DNA from: a virus
Direction: 5' to 3' (one strand)
IMG/VR virus record: IMGVR_UViG_3300046492_000369
Span: 1-64,000 of that record
Length of the DNA stretch: 64,000 bases
Positions within the stretch are counted from its first letter, which is position 1. Each line of letters starts with the position of its first letter. Below the pieces are notes generated by a model, which did not search any database, was not told the origin of the DNA, and saw nothing but the letters and a program-made list of their open reading frames with translations. Both the position numbers and the translations under genes were made by a program. This document shows positions 56,699 through 64,000 of this stretch, in pieces.

Positions 56699-58198
56699 AT
56701 GCCCCCTATCACTTGGCAAAACGTAAACCAAGGGGATGCCAGCACTGCCTGGCGTGCCATGGACTCCGCACAACGGAGCATGAACGGTGCATTCGATGGC
56801 TTGCAAGGTCAGATCACGAAAAGTGAAGACATCCAAGCCAAGAACGATGTCGCCATCAAGAACAACAACACGCAGGACTACCTGAACAAGCTAGCTGAGC
56901 TAGGTAAAACACCTGACGATCTGCAGCATGCGATCGACACAGGTGCAATAGCCCAGTTGAAAGCCAGCTATGGGAATGCCATCAACCATGATCAAGTCCG
57001 TGGTGCAGCAGAAACTCTATTGTCTCAACGGTACCAGCAAGTCAAACAAGGTGTGGATTTCAAGAATGCCATGCTGGATGAAAAGACTGCTCCGATCATG
57101 GACAAGTTCAAGTCAGCCTACTTGGCTGGAAATATGGATCTGGCCAACCAGTACCGTCAGCAGTACGCTGATGTGGGCGGCAAACATTCGTCCGATTTGG
57201 AGAGTTTCGCTCGTACCACTGGCCATGAAAATCTGGTCTGGGATGAGGAGAAGAAGCAATGGTCCCGCAACCAAGCCATGCATGAAGCCAATGTCACGCA
57301 CATGGCTAATCAGGACCGGATCGGCTTCGCTAATGTCGATGTGGCTCGACGTAATGCAGATACCAATGCAGAACAGGTCAAACTGCAGGGCAAGAGCCTG
57401 AACATGCAACTGCAGGACAAACTGGACCAACGCCTGGCTACTGCCATTGATGGCCTGGGTAAGGCACGTTCTTACGAAGCTGGCTCGCAAGAAGGTACCA
57501 AAGCAGTGATGGATAGCATCAAGGAGATGTTTGGTAAGGATGAAAACGGTGCTGCCAATGCTCGCATGGCCTTTAACGAGATCCTTCAGAAATATCCGGG
57601 TATCTCGACAGCAGATGCCATGAAAGCTGTTGGTGGTCAGGACGTAAGTCGGATCTATAAAAATGATTCGTGGGTTCGAGATAATACGGTCGAGCGTGCT
57701 GGCCAATTTGCCGGTACCAAAGAATCGCAGGAACGTAATGCTGCTTTGCTGGCCCAACGTGCCGCAGCCGAGTTGTACTACAAGAATGCCAAGAAAGCGG
57801 CGGAAGCTGGTCCTTTGGCTGCACTGAAATCTGGCATCAAAGTTGGTGGATCAGGGGTTGCTGCTGGTGCTAATCCAGTCATCAACCCTGCTGTGGTTAC
57901 GCCAGTAACTCCACCAGCGGCACCAGCAGCTGTTACAACGGTAGCTCCGGGTGGTGCACCTACTGCTGCTGATCTTGGTTTAAGGATCCCTCTCACTGCT
58001 GGCTTGCCAGAGGATACCCGGACCTTCAGCAAACCAATGGAGGCGCATCTGAAAGCTGTGGCCCGGGAAGAAGCAGCTAAAGCCGAAGCCCGGAAGACAG
58101 CAGCAAAAGCAGCCCAAATCGCCCAAGCAAATGCCACTGTGGCAGAAATGGTGCGATTAGGTAAATTGGCCGCCCAAGACCCTAATTTCTTCCAGTAA
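56699..58198 (+). CDS. ejection protein (N4 gp51-like)
   Basis: PITWQNV start, helical, directly before vRNAP. Confidence 0.7.
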   Translation: MPPITWQNVNQGDASTAWRAMDSAQRSMNGAFDGLQGQITKSEDIQAKNDVAIKNNNTQDYLNKLAELGKTPDDLQHAIDTGAIAQLKASYGNAINHDQVRGAAETLLSQRYQQVKQGVDFKNAMLDEKTAPIMDKFKSAYLAGNMDLANQYRQQYADVGGKHSSDLESFARTTGHENLVWDEEKKQWSRNQAMHEANVTHMANQDRIGFANVDVARRNADTNAEQVKLQGKSLNMQLQDKLDQRLATAIDGLGKARSYEAGSQEGTKAVMDSIKEMFGKDENGAANARMAFNEILQKYPGISTADAMKAVGGQDVSRIYKNDSWVRDNTVERAGQFAGTKESQERNAALLAQRAAAELYYKNAKKAAEAGPLAALKSGIKVGGSGVAAGANPVINPAVVTPVTPPAAPAAVTTVAPGGAPTAADLGLRIPLTAGLPEDTRTFSKPMEAHLKAVAREEAAKAEARKTAAKAAQIAQANATVAEMVRLGKLAAQDPNFFQ

Positions 58199-58206
58199 TT
58201 GCCATA

Positions 58207-58242
58207 AAGCCGGGTTAAGAAGGATTTAACCCGGCTTATTTC
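58207..58242 (+). terminator. terminator-like hairpin
   Basis: AAGCCGGGTTAA-N7-TTAACCCGGCTT-ATTT. Confidence 0.7.
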
Positions 58243-58282
58243 ATATATACTGCAGGAAATTCCCATTCCATCAGGAAACTTC

Positions 58283-61200
58283 ATGTCCTCTTCCAGCATC
58301 GACAAATACTTCGACAAAGTCACTTCCGAGCTCGTTGATCAGAAAATGGAAGAGGTCCGCGCAGCCACCGATGCCAAGATCGCTGAACTTAATGCACGTA
58401 TAGCTGGACCACACACCCCACCTCCTGTTGAACAAGCTGGTGTGCTGCGCACTGCTGGTGACGTGGGTATCAAGCTGGCTCAAGGTGCAGTTGATCTAGG
58501 CCAATCCGTAGTGGGTCTGGGAAGTCTGGTTACTGGTGGCTTGATTGGTGAAGGAATGCACGCTATCGGGTATGACCCGGAACGTACCAACCAGATCCTC
58601 GGTGAATACCTGTCGGACAGCCAGAAGGCTGCTGATGCCAAGGTCCAGCAGGCTGACGGCTTCATTGCGTCAATCAAGGCATACCTGAAGAATCCACGCT
58701 CGATTATGGGTGGTATTGCTGAGTCCACTCCAGGAATGTTGGGTGGTATGGGTGTTGCGGGCGCTGCAGCTCGTCGTATTGGTTTAAAAGCTGCTGAATT
58801 GGCTGGTGGTATGGAGACTGTGGCTGGTCAGAAAGCCTTCCAGACAGCGATCGAAGAAGCAGGTGCCAAGCTCTCAGCCCTCGGTGCAGTCACCGAAGGT
58901 GCCCAATCGGCGGGCCAGATCGCAGATCAGGCACAGGCAGCAGGCCGGGAATACAGTGATTACGCCTTGCCTGCACTGGGAGCTGGTGCCCTGACGGCAG
59001 GTATCGGTGCCGTATCAAACAAGTTCTTCGGGGATGCGGCCACGGATTTTGCTACCGGAGCCAAGACCCTGAAGGGGAGCCGCCTTGCCAAGCTGGCCAA
59101 GGAAGGATTCTCGGAAGGCGTCACCGAAGAGATGCCCCAGTCGGCGCAGGAGCAGTACTTCACCAACATGGCCATGGGCAAGGATGACCTCATGGAGGGG
59201 GTCGGCAATGCTGCAGGCTCTGGCTTGGTGGTCGGTGCTGCCATGGGGGTAGGGATGGGGGGGCTCCATAGGAGCCCAACCGCTAAAAATTCGGTAAAAA
59301 CGACCCAGGACCGTCAAAAATTCAAAGAGGCTGCTGCGAAGAACGACGTTTCAGCCTACATTGATCCACAGAGTCCAGATTATGACCTGTCCAAGGCGGT
59401 TGGAGTACTGTTGGGTCACGCAATGCAGGACTCTACCACCCCTGAAGTACGTCAAGCCAACCTTAAACAGGCTGGAGATATCGTCGCTAAGCTGGAAGAA
59501 GACCACGCTAAAGCGCTGCAAGACGTGGAAGCAGCCACTCCTACTGGCTTGGATGAGCTTCAAGGTCAGCTATCTGCAGTACAAGACCTGTTGAAGAAGA
59601 CTGATCCACAGGATAAGGCCAAGATTGCTACCTTCAACACGATGGTAGAAGACTTGACCGCCGAGATCGCGGATGCCAGCAATAATGACAAGGCTAAAGT
59701 AGCCCAAACCCGTGCTTCTAAGCTTGAACAGCAACTTGCTGCTGTGCGTGCTTCTGATCTGGGAAGGCAGCTTGATTCTGCTCGTGCACGCTTTGAAGGG
59801 CTGGCTACGGTCGCTGAACCTCAAGCCACCACGGCTGAAGTACAAGATTTGCTCAAACAAGCCAACTCAACCGACCACACCACAGCAACTGAGCCAATCC
59901 AGCGCATCATCAACCTGTCGATGACGCAACCGGACGCATTGTCCGCGAAACAGGCCAAATACTTGGCCAATAACAAGGCCAATGGCCTAACCGACGAACA
60001 GCGTACCCATCTGCGTATTTTCAGCGAAGCCAGGATGGCTGAGAATGCCCTGTCCTCTACAGACAAGGTCCAGAACGATGTCCTGATTGGCTCGGACAAG
60101 AACGTGGGTATCGTCCAGTACCGTTCCCGGATCGGTGCAGCGATCGCTGCTGGCAACCAAGCCATCGCTAACCGTCAGCTCGGCCTGCTGGAACGTTTTA
60201 CCAACGACCAAACCAGCAAGGCAGAAGCAGCCCAAAAAGCCATGACACTGGGCAAAGGCAACCAGATCGTCAAACTGACCGATGGCACTGGCTGGCAGGT
60301 GGTCCTGAAGGAGCAGGCACTGGATGAGGATAAGCTCAGGAAGAACGGTGGCCTGACCATGGACTCGCCCCGTCTAGTGGAAAACATCCAGAAGGAAGCC
60401 ACCGCCCTGCAAGCCACACTGGCTGAAATGAAATCTGCCACCCAGTTGAAATTCGGGGTACAATCCGTTTCCTCTGCAAAACAATCTACCCCTTCCAAAA
60501 ATAATCTACCTTCCAAGACTGTAGAGGATGCCGCACGTCCATCCCAAGGGAATGGACCCTCTGCCGCACAAGCTCCCTCCCCTGCTTCTAAACTTACCTC
60601 CCTGCAACAAGCAGAAGCGAAACACACCCGGCAAGAAGCCTTGGTGAAAGAAGCACAAGCCAAGTACGAACAGCGCAAAGCAGAACGGGAAGCTAAGGCT
60701 AAGGCTAAGGCGGCAGCAACCGAGCAGCAAGCTGTCACGAGCGAAGCGAGTGCAGCGCCAGCTGCAGAGGTTGCAACGCCTGCAGCGGTAGAGAAGAAAG
60801 ATAATCAATCTTCTCCTGTAGCCTCGCCAGCGTCGGAACCTTCCGCCCCAATCGCAGTCGCTGACGCTCCTGCTCAGGGCACGGTTCCTTCCTTGGCTTC
60901 GGCTACGGAAACTCAGGTAGAGGTGAAACCTACTGGTTTGAAGGTGTTCAGGCAGAAGGTTACTGGCTTGAATGGGAAGATGCAGGAGATCTTCCGCCAA
61001 GTAAATCCTATTGCCCAGTTCCTGACGCAACGAACCAACAGCGAACGCTACAAGACCCGTTTGCCACTGGTGGCCCAGCCAGACTTCTTTACTGCTATTA
61101 AGAACAAGACTGTTACACCCTTCGAGTTCATCGAAGAAGGTAGTAAGGAAAATACCACGCCAGAAGTTCGCCATGCACTGCGGAACATGTATGAAAACCT

Positions 61201-64000
61201 CAAATCATGGCTTCCGCTCATTGAACAGAACATTGCAGTCCACAATGGCAATGTGGACTTCAAGACTGAAGATATGATGCAGTACCTGCTGGAGCAGGAC
61301 GAACAAGGCAAACCAATCCGGGCAGTGGAAGAGAATGTCCGTACTGCCATCGCTTATGGTGCTTATTCCTGGTTTCTGGAACAGGCCCATTCCCCGGAAT
61401 GGAAAACCATGAGTGACATCGCAGCCATGCACGGCAAGGACAAGGAAACCTTTGTCAGCGATGAGGGTGTAGCCAAACTGCGTGAAATGGCCCACTTCGA
61501 AGACCGGATCATCTACCGTATCGGTGACAGGATCGTACAAGCCCTTGGTTTGCAGGCTGGTCCCAATGCTCCGCAGAATATCCTGCCACGCTTACGCATG
61601 GCATTGGGTACGCACGCCTTGCTGCTATTGGAGCACCCAGATGTCAAACTGATCGAACGGGTATCGCTGCCGACCAAGGAAGTTGAAAGCTACTTCGGGG
61701 TAGGTATCAGCGATAACGAAGACAGCTCGATCACCGAAGACGAAATTGACAACGTCGCCAAACTGAAAGAAAGCCGTAACAGCTACATCAAACTGTGGCG
61801 TGATGAAGATGGTCTGAGCCTGTCTGGTTTAGGTAAGGGCATCAAGGATGCGGATGTAGGTAGCCGGGGTGCAGTCGATCGCCTGTTTGGCAGTGACAAG
61901 GCTGGTCGTATGCCCAGCACCAAGCCAGTGGAGTTTACTCAGAAATTCGCCAAGGGTACCCGTCAACTGATCACCAAGATGCAGCGTAAGGCGATTCAGG
62001 AAACCATGAATACGCCGCACACCGTCATCCCCGAGATGATGCAGTTGTTCTCACATCTGGGACGGGATACAGTGCTTCGGATTGCTGGTGCCCGTGATGT
62101 CGATGACGGAACCGTGCACTCCCGGTACCTGCGTAGCGTCGAAGCCCAGAACAATAACCTGATCAACCAGTACGACAATGCATGGGAGCTAATCACCAGC
62201 TACCCGGAAGGTACCGAGTTCTTCGTCGAACAACAGGTGGGTAAGAACTTCCGTGGTTTCTTCTCGAATCAGGCGCTGAACCAGCAGACCAGCAAGATTC
62301 ACCGTGTCCTGTTCGCTCGCCCGGAGTGGAAGACCACGATCAAACTGAATGACGAAGCCATGGTCAATGAATTCAAGATTGCCGTGGCCATGTCCCTGGG
62401 CTTGAAGACAGACCAGCAACGCAATGTCACCACGCTGGAAGAATTCAACAAGGTACTGAAGGACCAGCCGGGCATCATGCAGGCTGTGGAATTGATCCGT
62501 ATCGGTACGCTTAATGATGATCCTTCCGTCTGGACCGACGAAGCCAAGCAACTGGTAGAGAAGGTCGCTGGAGGCAAGGAACGCATGATGAGTCTGCAGG
62601 CTCTGGTGGCTTACGCCAAGTACCAGGAAGCCTTGATCGACCAGAACCTGATGCACAAGACGGGGCAAGATGCTGCCGACCATTCGTTCGAAGTCACGCT
62701 GCTGGTGGGTGTCGATGGCAAGACCAACGGCCCAATGTTATCTCATCTGGCTTTGGGCGCAGCCCGCGATATTGACAGCTTCTATGCCCTGCTAAACCGA
62801 GGTGGCTTCTACAGCACCGAGGAAGGCCAGCCGGACCATTTCAGCGAGTGGTATGAGCGTGCCACCAGCATGGACCTGTACGAGGATCTGGGCAGCCGTA
62901 TCGTCGAACGGGTGCAGGGCTATGTCATGGAAAATTCGGCCCTGTGGGCACTACGCAAGGCAAACTACAAGGAGTCGAAAAAGTACTTCACCGAAGACCA
63001 TCTGAAGGCAGTCGAGATGGTGACCAAGCAGCTGATCAAGGATGGCAAGGCCACCAAGGACATGCGTAACCTGACCAAGGTGCCGCTGACTTCGTTCGCC
63101 TTTGGTTCCTCGCTGAAGAAGTCCATTCAGAACATGCAGGACAGCTTCATCGACTCGTTCTATTCGAATATTGAGAAGATGGCTGCTAACAAGGAGAATG
63201 GGGTCAAGGTCCGTACTTACCTCACCCAGATTAACACGCTGATGGATCTGGGTGACTATAAGCTCAAGTCGCCGGTCGATGTGGCCATGCCGATTGAAGC
63301 ACTGCTGAAATTCGAGCTGGACCACGATCAGGAAGTGGCCCTGCGCAAGGCATTTAATCAGGTGATCGGTAACTCGGTTCGGGAAGAGATGAACTCGTAC
63401 TTCGGTACCTTCATGGATCGACGTACCAAACTGAATAACACCATCCAGTCAGCCTACCAGGTGTTCGAGGCAGCCTATGCTTCAGCCCGGGTCAAGGAGA
63501 TGGAACGCCTGATGGATGAGGGTGAGATCGCTTCCCGTATTTCCAAAGCCAACGACGGTGTCGAGACTCGGGTACCACTGCATGACCTGACACAGGCACA
63601 GGAACAAGCTCTTCACGCCAAGGTGGAAAGCCTGATGCCGACGATGCACAGCGCCTATTCGATCGAAGCCAATGACCTGTCCTCTGGCTTGCAGATGTCC
63701 AAGTCGAAGGTCACGATCTCGGATTCTCCGCTGTACAAAAACAAGACCTACACCTACAAGAAGGTAGACCATGCCAATGGCACCAGCGTAGCGCATCTGA
63801 GCAGCAAGGCACAGACTCGTGTCGAGCAGTCTCCCGGTGTAGCTGGTGCTGCCTACTCGATCCACTCGACCGATTCGAGCATCATGCACCAGATGCTGCT
63901 GCGGGTGAAAGGCTCACTCAACGTGCACGATGAAGGTTCGAACGGCGTACACAAAACTCGTGATGTGGCCAGGGGCTTGAACCAAGCCACGGTGGAAACC
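58283..64000 (+). CDS. virion-encapsidated RNA polymerase (N4 gp50-like), 3' end beyond the window
   Basis: not in the ORF track because it has no stop; ATG 58283 after AGGA; in-frame GVDGKTNG (A, ~62710), RNLTKVPLTSFAFG (B, 63065), NVHDE (C, ~63920). Confidence 0.93.
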   Translation, partial: MSSSSIDKYFDKVTSELVDQKMEEVRAATDAKIAELNARIAGPHTPPPVEQAGVLRTAGDVGIKLAQGAVDLGQSVVGLGSLVTGGLIGEGMHAIGYDPERTNQILGEYLSDSQKAADAKVQQADGFIASIKAYLKNPRSIMGGIAESTPGMLGGMGVAGAAARRIGLKAAELAGGMETVAGQKAFQTAIEEAGAKLSALGAVTEGAQSAGQIADQAQAAGREYSDYALPALGAGALTAGIGAVSNKFFGDAATDFATGAKTLKGSRLAKLAKEGFSEGVTEEMPQSAQEQYFTNMAMGKDDLMEGVGNAAGSGLVVGAAMGVGMGGLHRSPTAKNSVKTTQDRQKFKEAAAKNDVSAYIDPQSPDYDLSKAVGVLLGHAMQDSTTPEVRQANLKQAGDIVAKLEEDHAKALQDVEAATPTGLDELQGQLSAVQDLLKKTDPQDKAKIATFNTMVEDLTAEIADASNNDKAKVAQTRASKLEQQLAAVRASDLGRQLDSARARFEGLATVAEPQATTAEVQDLLKQANSTDHTTATEPIQRIINLSMTQPDALSAKQAKYLANNKANGLTDEQRTHLRIFSEARMAENALSSTDKVQNDVLIGSDKNVGIVQYRSRIGAAIAAGNQAIANRQLGLLERFTNDQTSKAEAAQKAMTLGKGNQIVKLTDGTGWQVVLKEQALDEDKLRKNGGLTMDSPRLVENIQKEATALQATLAEMKSATQLKFGVQSVSSAKQSTPSKNNLPSKTVEDAARPSQGNGPSAAQAPSPASKLTSLQQAEAKHTRQEALVKEAQAKYEQRKAEREAKAKAKAAATEQQAVTSEASAAPAAEVATPAAVEKKDNQSSPVASPASEPSAPIAVADAPAQGTVPSLASATETQVEVKPTGLKVFRQKVTGLNGKMQEIFRQVNPIAQFLTQRTNSERYKTRLPLVAQPDFFTAIKNKTVTPFEFIEEGSKENTTPEVRHALRNMYENLKSWLPLIEQNIAVHNGNVDFKTEDMMQYLLEQDEQGKPIRAVEENVRTAIAYGAYSWFLEQAHSPEWKTMSDIAAMHGKDKETFVSDEGVAKLREMAHFEDRIIYRIGDRIVQALGLQAGPNAPQNILPRLRMALGTHALLLLEHPDVKLIERVSLPTKEVESYFGVGISDNEDSSITEDEIDNVAKLKESRNSYIKLWRDEDGLSLSGLGKGIKDADVGSRGAVDRLFGSDKAGRMPSTKPVEFTQKFAKGTRQLITKMQRKAIQETMNTPHTVIPEMMQLFSHLGRDTVLRIAGARDVDDGTVHSRYLRSVEAQNNNLINQYDNAWELITSYPEGTEFFVEQQVGKNFRGFFSNQALNQQTSKIHRVLFARPEWKTTIKLNDEAMVNEFKIAVAMSLGLKTDQQRNVTTLEEFNKVLKDQPGIMQAVELIRIGTLNDDPSVWTDEAKQLVEKVAGGKERMMSLQALVAYAKYQEALIDQNLMHKTGQDAADHSFEVTLLVGVDGKTNGPMLSHLALGAARDIDSFYALLNRGGFYSTEEGQPDHFSEWYERATSMDLYEDLGSRIVERVQGYVMENSALWALRKANYKESKKYFTEDHLKAVEMVTKQLIKDGKATKDMRNLTKVPLTSFAFGSSLKKSIQNMQDSFIDSFYSNIEKMAANKENGVKVRTYLTQINTLMDLGDYKLKSPVDVAMPIEALLKFELDHDQEVALRKAFNQVIGNSVREEMNSYFGTFMDRRTKLNNTIQSAYQVFEAAYASARVKEMERLMDEGEIASRISKANDGVETRVPLHDLTQAQEQALHAKVESLMPTMHSAYSIEANDLSSGLQMSKSKVTISDSPLYKNKTYTYKKVDHANGTSVAHLSSKAQTRVEQSPGVAGAAYSIHSTDSSIMHQMLLRVKGSLNVHDEGSNGVHKTRDVARGLNQATVET

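Noticed and set aside
1-64000. tRNA/rRNA genes and integrase
   Set aside because: No cloverleaf seen in the intergenic gaps; the 16S-like 14-mer at 15672 has no flanking rRNA sequence; no recombinase motif. A tRNAscan run would confirm

Overview
The window is most of the genome of an N4-like lytic podovirus (Schitoviridae-type), circularly permuted so that the probable genome-end junction (~42.8-43.15 kb) is internal. Minus strand, read right to left: early genes with three vRNAP hairpin promoters, RNAP II subunit 1, five tandem paralogous small genes, RNAP II subunit 2, a ClpX-like ATPase, a MoxR-type AAA ATPase split by a group I intron, an accessory island, a metallopeptidase-vWA protein, a Dda-like helicase, a family A DNA polymerase, rIIA/rIIB, then thyX, class II RNR (nrdJ) and an HNH gene. 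Plus strand: a tail/receptor-binding and lysis block (4.3-15.5 kb) and the packaging/head block (terminase, portal, major capsid, ejection proteins, giant virion RNA polymerase running off the right edge). Four items stand out. (1) An 882-nt group I intron with an HNH ORF sits inside the Walker A codons of the AAA ATPase, next to an AT-rich co-conversion tract. (2) A ~220-nt structured RNA candidate behind the lysis cassette buries a 14-nt complement of the 16S rRNA 3' end in its closing stem. (3) A five-member diverged paralog array lies between the two RNAP II subunit genes. (4) The ClpX-like protein lacks its pore tyrosine and IGF loop. All calls come from motif recognition and manual base-pairing; no searches were run. 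N4 gp numbers are positional analogies.
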